From an uncultured candidatus Porisulfidus sp. (GTDB taxonomy: Bacteria; Pseudomonadota; Gammaproteobacteria; Poriferisulfidales; Poriferisulfidaceae), in contig OZ220480.1 of assembly GCA_965116025.1 (NCBI GenBank), forward strand, positions 1,280,001 to 1,344,000: 64,000 nt of DNA. The letters run 5' to 3'. Under the pieces are notes generated by a model. It saw only the letters and a list, made by a program, of their open reading frames with translations, was not told the origin of the DNA and ran no database searches. How positions within the stretch are numbered: the stretch's first letter is position 1; the number at the start of each line of letters is the position of its first letter. Of the stretch, positions 41,307-50,771 are shown piece by piece. Both the position numbers and the translations under genes were made by a program.

Positions 41307-42629
41307 CCCAGTTTCAACTTTCAAGTGCAACACTCCGAAGAATGGCGGTGGAGGCGATGAGTCGCGGTAAGGTCTCGTTGTCATCAACCGCCCCCGAGAG
41401 AGGCGCTTATGAGAAGTTACACGCAACTCACCGAGACCCAACGTTACCAGATCGAGGCGCTGCGGGGCCTCGACATGAGCCAAGCGGAGGTGGCGCGAAG
41501 GGTCGGCGTCGACCGCGGCGCGGCGTGCCGCGAACTGAAGCGGAACGCCGACGCTCGGAGCGGACGATACCGGGCTGAGCTGGCGTGCCGAAAGGCGAAA
41601 GAGCGCCGCCAGAAGCGGGCTCGGCGGCGGGTCTCGCCGGCGGTGTGGAGGCGGGTCAAGAAGCTGCTGAAGCAGGGCTGGAGCCCGCAGCGGATCAGCG
41701 CGTGGCTGGACAAGGAGGGCTTGGGGAAGGTGAGCCACGAGCTCATCTACCGCTGGGTATGGGCGGATCGGCGGCGGGGCGGCGACCTGTATCTGCGCTT
41801 GCGGCAAGGCCACCGCCGACGCCGGCGGTATGGGCGCGGGAAGGGCCGGTCGCGCATTCCGGGGCGGGTGCCGATCCAGGAGCGTCCGGAGGTGGTGGAG
41901 ACGCGCTCGCGGCTGGGAGACTGGGAAGCGGACACGGTGATCGGACGGCGTGGCGGCGGGGTTCTGGCGTCGCTGCTCGAGCGCAAGTCGCGGCTGGCGC
42001 GTTTCAAGCGGTTGCCCCGGCGCACGGCGCGCGCGGTGGCGGACGCGATCATCGGCATGCTGGCGCCGTTGAGGGACCGGGTTCTGACCGTGACCTCGGA
42101 CAATGGAACCGAGTTCATGGATCACCGGCGGGTGGCGCGCCGCTTGGGAGCGAGGTTTTACTTCGCGGATCCGTATTCCTCTTGGCAGCGCGGGAGCGAC
42201 GAGAACGCGAACGGGCTGATCCGGCAGTATTTCCCGAAATCGCGGCGGTTCGACACGATCTCGGAGGAGGAGGCACGGGCGGTGGAGGACCGCCTGAACG
42301 ACCGGCCTCGGCTCTGCTTGGGATGGCGCACGCCGAACGAGGCGTTTTTCGGAGCGGATTCGGAGGTGGTTCGGGCCTGGCGAGAGGAGATGTCCCGGCT
42401 TTTGTAAATCCGAGGGGGCAGGTCGGCGCGGCGCTGATTCGTCCGGGGAAGGCCGGCCTTCCCCGGACGGAACGCGGCCGACTGTCGCCAGCTTCCCCCG
42501 ACCCTCTTCACCATCCTGCCGTTCTTCCCGTCCGGCGACCGACCCTCGCCGCCTTCCCTCGATCTTTTTCGTCATCCTGCCGCTCTCCACCGGGTTACAA
42601 TGCTGTTGCACTTGAAAGTTGAAACTGGG
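41307..42629 (+). mobile_element. IS30-family insertion sequence, complete
   Basis: Perfect 26-bp TIRs CCCAGTTTCAACTTTCAAGTGCAACA (41307-41332) and 42604-42629; CAG direct repeat at 41304-41306 and 42630-42632. Confidence 0.92.
41409..42407 (+). CDS. IS30-family transposase
   Basis: YTQLT..RYQI HTH, WSPQRI, GDWEADTV, DNGTEF, PYSSWQRGSDENANGLIRQYFPK. Confidence 0.95.
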   Translation: MRSYTQLTETQRYQIEALRGLDMSQAEVARRVGVDRGAACRELKRNADARSGRYRAELACRKAKERRQKRARRRVSPAVWRRVKKLLKQGWSPQRISAWLDKEGLGKVSHELIYRWVWADRRRGGDLYLRLRQGHRRRRRYGRGKGRSRIPGRVPIQERPEVVETRSRLGDWEADTVIGRRGGGVLASLLERKSRLARFKRLPRRTARAVADAIIGMLAPLRDRVLTVTSDNGTEFMDHRRVARRLGARFYFADPYSSWQRGSDENANGLIRQYFPKSRRFDTISEEEARAVEDRLNDRPRLCLGWRTPNEAFFGADSEVVRAWREEMSRLL

Positions 42630-42640
42630 CAGTCTATAAT
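42612..42640 (+). promoter_or_regulatory. hybrid sigma70 promoter (IS30-derived -35, host -10)
   Basis: TTGAAA (42612-42617, inside right TIR), 17-bp spacer, TATAAT (42635-42640), 30 bp upstream of gmrSD ATG. Confidence 0.75.
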
Positions 42641-42670
42641 CCCGCCAAATTTTTGAGCGGGAGGACCTAC

Positions 42671-44428
42671 ATGTACCAGCATGGTACTATCAAGAAAGCG
42701 TTGGAAAAAATCGCATCGAACGAATATGTGCTTCCTGCGATCCAACGTGAATTTGTATGGAATCCAGATCAGATATGTAGGCTGTTCGACAGCGTTATGC
42801 AGGGTTACCCCTTTGGTGACTTTCTTTTTTGGTGTATAGAGCCAGAACGGTCCGCGGATTACCGCTATTATGGATTCGTAAGAGAGTATCACCAGCGTGA
42901 CGACCCGCACTGCCCGGATCTCGGGCCATTTTGTGATCGACGAATCATCGCTGTACTTGATGGACAACAACGGCTTACCGCCTTCAATATTGGGTTACGA
43001 GGATCTATGGCCGTAAAGCGTCCTTATAAATGGTGGAGCAGTCCTGACGCTTTCCCTCGCAAGGTGCTCGCATTGGATGTGCTCGCCGAAGTCAAGCGGG
43101 ACGAGGAAGGTAATCGCTATTCTTTTAAATTTGTTGAAGAAGGAAAAACCGGTCGGCAGGATGGACATCTATGGTTCAAGGTCTCGGATATCATGAAGAT
43201 GATGGATGCCTCGGACATACTAGACTGGCTCTCGGATCACGAGCTTGAGAAACAAGAGCAGAAAAATGCATCCCGCATTCTTGGTCGCCTCCAAAAATTT
43301 ATCCATGTAGAGCGAACGATCGCGTACTACAAGGAAACGAATCAGGATATTGAGCATGTTCTCAGTATTTTCATCCGCCGCAACAGTGGGGGAATTACTT
43401 TATCTTATTCGGACTTGTTGCTCAGCATTGCGACTTCTCAGTGGAGAGAGCTTGACGCGCGCAAGGAAGTTCATCAACTGGTTGACGATTTGAACCGCAT
43501 TGGTTCAGGTTCAGGATTGGCACTTACCAAGGATTTCGTTCTGAAGGCTGGGCTAATGCTGACCGACATTGCAAGCGTTGGCTTTCAGGTTCGAAATTTC
43601 ACTCAGAGCAATATGGCGGTGCTTGAAAAAAACTGGCAACGTATCCGCGAATCATTGATCTCGACTGTTCAACTCGTAACAGGATTCGGGTTTGATGCTA
43701 ACAGCATCCGCGCCACCAGTGCGTTATTGCCAATTGCCTATCATCTATACCAGATCGGTACCCCTAGAGATTTCGATACCGCCAAGAAATATGAGGATGA
43801 TCGTAAGGCAATCCGTGGATGGTTAACTCGAACGATTTTGAAAGCATCGGGAATTTGGGGTAGTGGCTTAGATGCTTTGCTCACAGCCCTCCGCGAGGCT
43901 CTTCGCGAAGCGGGAGGGCATGGTTATCCTGTTGCAGAACTTCGGCATGCAATGGCGCAACGAGGGAAGAGTTTGGAGTTCAATAACGAAGAGATTGAAG
44001 ATCTGGCTGACATGGAATTGAATGATCGGCGCATATTTGCTTTGTTGGCGTTATTGTTTCCTTTTGTCGATTGTCGGCATCATAAATTCCATATCGATCA
44101 TGTCTTCCCAAAGAGCCGGTTTACACGTAAGCGTTTACAGAGTGCGGGCATTGATGATAGTCAGTTTGATTTCAATGATTTGGCTGATCGAGCCAATCGA
44201 ATTGGTAATCTTCAATTGTTGGAAGGTGCAACGAATAACCAAAAGTGTGAGACCTTGCCAGCGGAATGGCTTCAAAAACAATATCCTGATCCGGCTGAGC
44301 GGCAACATTATTGCGATTTGTACGTCCTCGTAGATATTCCTGCAGACATGTCTGGATTTCTCGATTTTTACACTACTCGCCGAGATCTATTGTGGCAACG
44401 CATTGTTGAGTTGGTGAATTCGGTATAA
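42671..44428 (+). CDS. GmrSD-family modification-dependent (type IV) restriction endonuclease (DUF262 + DUF1524)
   Basis: LPAIQREFVW, LDGQQRLT, FIRRNSGG; HIDHVFPK..IGNLQLL..NN; GGAGG RBS; low GC. Confidence 0.88.
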   Translation: MYQHGTIKKALEKIASNEYVLPAIQREFVWNPDQICRLFDSVMQGYPFGDFLFWCIEPERSADYRYYGFVREYHQRDDPHCPDLGPFCDRRIIAVLDGQQRLTAFNIGLRGSMAVKRPYKWWSSPDAFPRKVLALDVLAEVKRDEEGNRYSFKFVEEGKTGRQDGHLWFKVSDIMKMMDASDILDWLSDHELEKQEQKNASRILGRLQKFIHVERTIAYYKETNQDIEHVLSIFIRRNSGGITLSYSDLLLSIATSQWRELDARKEVHQLVDDLNRIGSGSGLALTKDFVLKAGLMLTDIASVGFQVRNFTQSNMAVLEKNWQRIRESLISTVQLVTGFGFDANSIRATSALLPIAYHLYQIGTPRDFDTAKKYEDDRKAIRGWLTRTILKASGIWGSGLDALLTALREALREAGGHGYPVAELRHAMAQRGKSLEFNNEEIEDLADMELNDRRIFALLALLFPFVDCRHHKFHIDHVFPKSRFTRKRLQSAGIDDSQFDFNDLADRANRIGNLQLLEGATNNQKCETLPAEWLQKQYPDPAERQHYCDLYVLVDIPADMSGFLDFYTTRRDLLWQRIVELVNSV

Positions 44429-44512
44429 CTCCAGATAGTCGCGTGATCGCTTGATTGCTCGGTAAGGTCAAAGAGCGCGTTAATGCGTTGATTCGCCCGG
44501 CTTGCGGTGGGG

Positions 44513-45613
44513 CTACTTTGTTCCCTGTATCTGCTCCAGTATCTTTTTGCTCACCTGCTCAGCCTCCTTGATCTGTTCCGGGGTGATCAGTTTTCGTAAT
44601 TTGTCCTGCATCTCTCCGGCTTTCTCGCTTCCCTGAGCGGAGGCGACGATGAACCACGCGAGCGCTTGAACCTGGTCCTGCGGCACGCCCTTGCCCACGG
44701 AATATAGGCTACCGATATTGTATTGCGAGGCGGGAAAACCCTGCGAGGCCGCTCTGAGATACCACCGGATGGCTTCCTCGTCATCCTGCGCCACGCCCTG
44801 ACCTTGGGTGTACATGACGCCGAGGTTGTGCTGCGCCCAGACGTGTCCCTGCTCGGCGGCCTTGCGATACCACCGCACGGCCTGCATGTCGTCCTTCTTC
44901 ACGCCCCGGCCATCGTCGTACATGGAGCCGAGGTTGTGCTGCGCCCAGGCGAGTCCTTGCTCGGCGGCCTTTCGATACCATTTCACGGCCTCCTCCTCGT
45001 CCTGAGCCACGCCTTGGCCTCTTTCGTACATCGCCCCGAGGTTATGTTGCGCCCAAGAGAGTCCTTGCTCGGCGGCCTTTCGATACCACAGGACGGCTTC
45101 CTTGTCGTCTTGCTCCACTCCTCGACCCGTGTCGTACATCGCCCCGAGGTTGTGTTGCGCCCAAGGGAGTCCTTGCTCGGCGGCCTTTCGATACCATTTC
45201 GCGGCTTCTTTGGCGTCTTTTTTCCCGCCCCGCCCCTCGTCGCGCATGGCCGCGAGATTGTGCTGCGCCCAGGAAACCCCCTGCTCGGCAGCTTTGCGAT
45301 ACCACTTGATGGCTTCCTTGTCGTTTTGCTTCACTCCTCGGCCCGCGTCGTGCATGACGGCGAGGTTGTGTTGCGCCCAGGCGTTGCCTTGCTCGGCGGC
45401 CTTTCGATACCATTTCGCGGCCTCCTCGGGATTCCGCTCCACGCCCTGGCCCGTGTCGTACAGGGTTCCGAGTTTGACTTGCGCGCCGGCTTCTCCTTGT
45501 TTGGCGAGCTCGCGCACCTGCTCGATATCCATGGACTCGCTCGTTTCCTGTCCGGTGGCAGGCGAAAGATACAGGGCCAGCGCAAGCGCTGGAAGAAGGT
45601 GTCGAATCGTCAT
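44513..45613 (-). CDS. secreted Sel1-like repeat protein (8 repeats)
   Basis: Signal peptide MTIRHLLPALALALYLSPATG; 36-aa repeats AQHNLGxMYxxGxGVxQDxxEAxxWYRKAAEQG. Confidence 0.93.
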   Translation of the reverse strand: MTIRHLLPALALALYLSPATGQETSESMDIEQVRELAKQGEAGAQVKLGTLYDTGQGVERNPEEAAKWYRKAAEQGNAWAQHNLAVMHDAGRGVKQNDKEAIKWYRKAAEQGVSWAQHNLAAMRDEGRGGKKDAKEAAKWYRKAAEQGLPWAQHNLGAMYDTGRGVEQDDKEAVLWYRKAAEQGLSWAQHNLGAMYERGQGVAQDEEEAVKWYRKAAEQGLAWAQHNLGSMYDDGRGVKKDDMQAVRWYRKAAEQGHVWAQHNLGVMYTQGQGVAQDDEEAIRWYLRAASQGFPASQYNIGSLYSVGKGVPQDQVQALAWFIVASAQGSEKAGEMQDKLRKLITPEQIKEAEQVSKKILEQIQGTK

Positions 45614-45793
45614 GTTTTGTCTCGTCGTCAATCGTGAGTTGCCCCGATCCCTCTGGCCGAAAACATGGCTCGCGGGAGCGGAATATGGCGGGCATTTTAA
45701 ATCACTATCGATATTTCGCTCGCTACCGAAACCGAATCGCTCACCCAAGCCGTCAGATCGCCGCCGCGAGCATCCGTCGGTTACCGTGATTTT

Positions 45794-46237
45794 TCATGTG
45801 GCGCTTCCGCATATCGCTTCAACCCTTCGGCCACGTCTCGAAAGCCTCAGCGCATGTAGTTTCCGTTGAGCCCCCAAACGACCGGGGCGAGCAAGCCGGT
45901 CAGCCGATCCGAGTTGCGGCAGGAGCAACTCGTCATCGTTCATGGGGTTCAGAACCTGCTGGCGCGTCGCGACCAGAAGCCAACGCGCTCCGAACGTTTT
46001 GGTCCAGGCGATCAGCCGAGGCTTCTCGAACGCGCATACGGTCTCGGTTATTTTGATATGGATCGGTCCCATCCTGACCCGTAGCCGCGCGGGTGATCCG
46101 ATCTTTAAGTCGGTGCGCAGTTCGGGAGTGAACGGATTCCATTTTCCGCAACTTTCGGTTTCAGCAAGAACGTTCCAGACGAGATCGATTGGCACGTCGA
46201 CCCGAGCGCGCTCAGCGCGTACCTCAAACTCTCTCAT
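45794..46237 (-). pseudogene. SRPBCC/START-fold ligand-binding protein, disrupted near 3' end
   Basis: VDVPIDLVWNVL..KWNPF..IAW; a plausible C-terminus SDRLTGLLAPVV..YMR*GFRDVAEGLKRYAE lies in another frame after ~45930 and contains an in-frame TGA. Confidence 0.7.
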
Positions 46238-47235
46238 GTTTCTCCCCCATCGAATTCTTCGAGCGTTCTCACCCACGCTTCGGATCGCCCCCAGAGCCGT
46301 CTAGCCACGTCCTCGTCCGCGCATTCGTCGCTGGGTTCCTCGACCCTGCAGCGCGCATAATATCCTCCGCCCCGTAATGGAGAATCGCTGGCGCACATCA
46401 CGATGGTTTGCGCACCGTGCGTCGGGTGCAGCAGGAGCCGGGGCGCCAGCGCGGAAACCACGCGGTTCCAGACCGTCCCGATCCGGCCTTCCGGGACTTT
46501 CACCCGCGTCATGTTGGTGTTCACGGAACCTGGATGCGCGGCCGTCGAATGCAGGTTGTGCTCCCGCGCGAACCGCCGCTCGATCTCGCGCGAGAAGTGG
46601 ATCAGCGCTAGCTTTGACCTGCCGTATCCAATCAAGGGGTAATAGGCTTTCTCGTCGTCGAGCAGGTCCTCGTTCTTGCCTTGGTCATGCAGGTGGGAGG
46701 TCACGTTGACGACGCGCGCGTCTCCGCTTCGCTGGCCGCCTCGCTTCAGAAGAGGCAACAACAGGCTGGTCAGGTGGAACGCGCCGAGATAGTTGACGCG
46801 CCAGTGAACGTCGAAGCCATCTTCGGTTCGGGGGAGTCTCGTCCACGGCGTGAGGACGCTCTGCAGGATGGCCGCGTTGTTGATCAGCACATGCAGCGTC
46901 TCGCCTTTGTGCTTTCGGTACCACGAAACGAAATCGCGGACGCTCGCGGCCTCACGCAGGTCGAGAGGGCGTACCGTGACGGCGCTCTCGTCGACGCCAG
47001 TGTCGTTCATCGCTTCCTTCAGGGATCGTTTCGTCGCCGCGACATGGCTTTTGCTGGTGGCGACGACCGACGCGCCCCAGTTCGCGAGAATGCGGGCGGT
47101 TTCGTGGCCGATAGATCCCGGCGAGGCCCCGGTCACGATGACGTGGCGACCGGACATATCGATTTTTCTCGCCATCGGTTTGGGGGTGAGAAGTCCCCAC
47201 GCGTGTCTGGCGGTCTTAGAGAGGGCGCGCGGCAT
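46234..47235 (-). CDS. short-chain dehydrogenase/reductase (retinol-dehydrogenase-like)
   Basis: VTGASPGSIG, LINNAA, VNYLGAFHLT, YGRSK, HPGSVNT. Confidence 0.9.
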   Translation of the reverse strand: MPRALSKTARHAWGLLTPKPMARKIDMSGRHVIVTGASPGSIGHETARILANWGASVVATSKSHVAATKRSLKEAMNDTGVDESAVTVRPLDLREAASVRDFVSWYRKHKGETLHVLINNAAILQSVLTPWTRLPRTEDGFDVHWRVNYLGAFHLTSLLLPLLKRGGQRSGDARVVNVTSHLHDQGKNEDLLDDEKAYYPLIGYGRSKLALIHFSREIERRFAREHNLHSTAAHPGSVNTNMTRVKVPEGRIGTVWNRVVSALAPRLLLHPTHGAQTIVMCASDSPLRGGGYYARCRVEEPSDECADEDVARRLWGRSEAWVRTLEEFDGGET

Positions 47236-47372
47236 GTCGTGGCGGGAGGATCAGGAGGATGCCCAGGGCGCGGCCATTCGAAATCCGTCCGCACCACGCT
47301 GGACGAGAAGGCGAATCCGCTGGGACGGGCCGCGATGGGTAGGCGCTCGCGTTCGCGCGATGCGTTTCGGGG

Positions 47373-48056
47373 TCAATGGCCCAAGATGCCATAGTGGCCG
47401 TCCACGATCAGGTGGAAGGACGCGTACAGCCCTAAAATCGGGAGGAGAATCCAGAAGACGTTGGGCGAGAGGATGTAAACGCACAGCTCGCGCTTGCTGA
47501 GTTGACGCTGCCGTCCGGCGACGAGAAAGCTGACCCAGTAGAGCGACGTGACGTAGGTCCACTGCCAGAACAGGGCGATCCCGAGGATGCCGGCGTAGGT
47601 GGCGGGCATGAGCTCGACCGTGAAGGCCAAGTACAGGAACGCCGTCGGGATCAGCGTCAGGAAGCCGTTTCCGATGTCGGCGTTGAAGCCGAACGTTCGA
47701 CGGTCCGCGTAGGAGCCATCGTAGAGAGAGTAGACGGCCCAGATATCCGCCCAGAACGTTGGGGAGAGCGCGTTTCTCAGTGGGACTTTTGACATCAGGA
47801 ACGCGACCGCGGGCGAGCGGTCGGTCTCTTCGCGCCAGTGGAGCCAATGCGCGCGCCGGCACTCGATATGGTCTCGACGTGAGAACAGGCAGATCTCCCA
47901 GGCCGAGATCAGCAGGTTGGTCGAGAGGAACAGGGCCAGCAGGCAATAAATCGAATTCAGGCTTTCATGCTCAAGATAATGAGCGCCGATTCCGAGCAGC
48001 GCGAGTTTCGCGACCACCAGCGCCGAGAACAGTATGACGGGCATCTCTGCATCCAC
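47373..48056 (-). CDS. integral membrane protein, EBP/EXPERA (sterol isomerase)-like
   Basis: About 5 TM helices; WE in TM2; WAVYSLYDGSY resembles the EBP WxEYxxxDxRY motif; C-terminal NVFWILLP. Confidence 0.55.
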   Translation of the reverse strand: MDAEMPVILFSALVVAKLALLGIGAHYLEHESLNSIYCLLALFLSTNLLISAWEICLFSRRDHIECRRAHWLHWREETDRSPAVAFLMSKVPLRNALSPTFWADIWAVYSLYDGSYADRRTFGFNADIGNGFLTLIPTAFLYLAFTVELMPATYAGILGIALFWQWTYVTSLYWVSFLVAGRQRQLSKRELCVYILSPNVFWILLPILGLYASFHLIVDGHYGILGH

Positions 48057-48155
48057 CTCGCGTGAGGGCGACTCGCCGACGATCCGTTCCGGCCAGCTCC
48101 GTGAATTGTACGGCAGGTCGCCCGCTTCCGACGTTTTCGGCGTCTATCCCGTACA

Positions 48156-50771
48156 ATGCGGGCACGAGGTGATTTCTGGAGAGTTCCCGTGATACTGAAT
48201 CGACGTGTCGCCCATCCGGCCATTTTCTTCTTGTCACTGCCGCTCGTCGCGGTCTTGCCATCCATCGCGCCAGCCGAGGAGGGAGTCGAGGAGCTGGTCG
48301 TGATCGGAACGCGCGCCCAACCGCGGTCGGTCATGGATTCCTCGGTGCCCATCGACGTGATCGACAGCGAAAGCCTGCAGGACCAAGGCTTCAACGACAT
48401 GAACTTCATGCTTCGTTCCTTGGTGCCGTCGTTCCACGTGAACATGCAGCCGGCACGGGACGCGGCGGCCGTGCAGAATCCGATCAACCTGAGAGGCTTG
48501 GCTCCAGATCATACGCTGGTGCTAGTCAACGGAAAGCGCCGGCATCGCGGCGCGACCATCACGTGGATCTCGGATGGACGCTCGAACGGCGCCCAAGGCC
48601 CGGACATCTCGGTGATACCCGCCATCGCTCTGAAGCAGGTCGAGGTGTTGCGCGACGGAGCCGCGGCCCAATACGGCTCGGACGCGATCGCCGGAGTGAT
48701 GAATTTCGCGCTGAAGGACGACGCGGAGGGCGCGACTTTGGAGGCGCGCTATGGCTGGTACGACGAGGATAGCGATGAGGACAAAACGCTGGTGTCCGGA
48801 AACATAGGCTTGCCCCTCACCGACCATGGTTTTCTGAATCTAAGTCTCGAATACAGCGAGAACTCTCCGACTGAGCGTAGCGAGCTGCGCGCTGACGTGG
48901 ACAGGATGATCCAGGGGGGCAACGCGCATATCGCCGACCCTGCCCACGTTTGGGGAAGCCCGGACATAGACGGCAACGTCAAGACGTTCTTCAACTTGGG
49001 CATCGATCTGGACGCGGACCGGAGCGTCTACGCGTTCGGCAATTACGCGCGCAGGGAGGTCACGACGCGGTTTTTCTATCGCGAGCCCGAGGACGAGGCT
49101 GGGTTGTTCGCGCGACAGGTCGGGCCAGAAGGCGGAAAATACTACATTCCCCAGCTGTACGACCGAACGATGCCGGACAAGGATTACGCCAAGGACGGAA
49201 TGACTGGCGCGTGCGCCAAGTACGCCGTGAAGCTCACGGCGGCCGGACTGCCGCAGCATTTCGATGATCTGCTGGCGGATGACGACTGCTTTTCCTACCA
49301 CGAATGGTTCCCGGGAGGCTTTCAGCCCCGTTTTGGGGGAGACGTCACGGATTACTCCTTCGTGGCCGGCACGAAGGGAACCGTCCATTCCGTTGGCGAT
49401 GGCCTCTCGTACGATTTCAGCGTCAGCTATGGCGAGAACGAGGCCGATTATTTCCTCCACATGTCGGTGAATCCCTCTTGGGGCCCCGACAGTCCCACCA
49501 AGTTCGACGTGGGCGATTACATTCAGCGGGAGACCAATGTCAATCTGGATCTCAGTTACATGGCGGATGTCGGACTGGCTACGGACCTGAGCGTCGCCGG
49601 GGGGGTCGAGTGGCGCGAGGAGGAATTCGAGATCTCCCAAGGTGACCGCGCGTCTTGGGACAAGGGAATCTATGTCAAGACCGGCTCCAAGAATGGCTCC
49701 AACGGTTTTGGCGGATTCAGCGAGACGACGGTGGGGAAGTGGGACCGCGAGAACATCGCGGCCTATCTGGACCTTGAGGCGGACGTTTTGCCGGACTGGA
49801 CTTTGGGCGGGGCCGTTCGCTGGGAGGACTTCGATGATTTCGGGACCGAGACGACGGCCAAAGTGTCCACCCGGTTCCAGGCGTCGGAAGCGTTCGCGCT
49901 GCGTGGCTCTTTGGGCACCGGCTTCCGGGCGCCAACGCCAGGGCAGCAGAACGCGCGCAACATCAGCACGATTTTCCATGCCACGACCCTGGAGCCAGTG
50001 GAGTCCGGGACCGTGCCTTCGGACAGCGTCTTGGCCGCGAAATTCGGGGGCAAGCGGCTCGAGCCAGAGGAATCCGACAACTTCACGCTTGGGGCCGTGT
50101 TCGAGATGGGTGGCCTGAACGTCACGGTGGACTACTTCCGAATCGACGTGGAGGACCGGATATTTCTATCCGAGCAGATCAAGATCGTGGACGCGGATGG
50201 AGATGGCATGGTCGACGGCTACGACGTGGCCATTGACGACGAGGCGTTGTCGGGCTTCGACTCGATCCGATTTTTCGAGAATGATTTCGACACCAAGACC
50301 GATGGATTCGATGTCGTCATGACGTACTCGTTGGAGAGCGACGTGGGGGACACGGAGTTTCTGCTGTCGTACAACCGCACCGAGACCGAGGTCACCAAGT
50401 CCAGCAATCTGAGCCGGCGCGGGAAGAAGTGGATTGAGGAGGGCGCGCCCGAGACCCGCTACAGCGCGACCGTCAACCACGCGATGGAAGACTGGCGCTT
50501 CTTGTTGCGCTACTATCGCTTCGGGGGCTGGTATTCCGACTACGATTCCACGGACGACGCGGCGATCCATTACGACGGCTATGGGTTGACGGACATCAGC
50601 GTGACCCGCCAATTCAACGGCCTGAGCCTGACCCTGGGAGCGGACAACGTCTTCGACCAGACTCCGGACCGTTCCATTCGGAGCGCGAGTCGGGGCAATC
50701 GCTATCCCCGCTTCGCGCCGGGCGGGATCGATGGCCGATTTCTGTACGGCCGCGTCAGGATGGAGTTTTAG
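48156..50771 (+). CDS. TonB-dependent receptor
   Basis: TonB box EELVVIGTR, plug NLRGL..TLVLVNGKR, EVLRDGAAAQYGSDAIAGVMN, GFRAP, terminal F; start uncertain. Confidence 0.93.
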   Translation: MRARGDFWRVPVILNRRVAHPAIFFLSLPLVAVLPSIAPAEEGVEELVVIGTRAQPRSVMDSSVPIDVIDSESLQDQGFNDMNFMLRSLVPSFHVNMQPARDAAAVQNPINLRGLAPDHTLVLVNGKRRHRGATITWISDGRSNGAQGPDISVIPAIALKQVEVLRDGAAAQYGSDAIAGVMNFALKDDAEGATLEARYGWYDEDSDEDKTLVSGNIGLPLTDHGFLNLSLEYSENSPTERSELRADVDRMIQGGNAHIADPAHVWGSPDIDGNVKTFFNLGIDLDADRSVYAFGNYARREVTTRFFYREPEDEAGLFARQVGPEGGKYYIPQLYDRTMPDKDYAKDGMTGACAKYAVKLTAAGLPQHFDDLLADDDCFSYHEWFPGGFQPRFGGDVTDYSFVAGTKGTVHSVGDGLSYDFSVSYGENEADYFLHMSVNPSWGPDSPTKFDVGDYIQRETNVNLDLSYMADVGLATDLSVAGGVEWREEEFEISQGDRASWDKGIYVKTGSKNGSNGFGGFSETTVGKWDRENIAAYLDLEADVLPDWTLGGAVRWEDFDDFGTETTAKVSTRFQASEAFALRGSLGTGFRAPTPGQQNARNISTIFHATTLEPVESGTVPSDSVLAAKFGGKRLEPEESDNFTLGAVFEMGGLNVTVDYFRIDVEDRIFLSEQIKIVDADGDGMVDGYDVAIDDEALSGFDSIRFFENDFDTKTDGFDVVMTYSLESDVGDTEFLLSYNRTETEVTKSSNLSRRGKKWIEEGAPETRYSATVNHAMEDWRFLLRYYRFGGWYSDYDSTDDAAIHYDGYGLTDISVTRQFNGLSLTLGADNVFDQTPDRSIRSASRGNRYPRFAPGGIDGRFLYGRVRMEF

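Noticed and set aside
41079-42622. 510-aa minus and 345-aa plus ORFs
   Set aside because: Alternative frames of IS30; the 510-aa ORF crosses the IS boundary; no motifs
44620-45490. 108-bp periodic repeats as a possible CRISPR array
   Set aside because: In-frame Sel1 coding repeats; no unique spacers and no cas genes
27379-48000. attR copy of the tRNA-fMet 3' end, or an integrase for the island
   Set aside because: None seen by eye, so no intact integrative element is claimed
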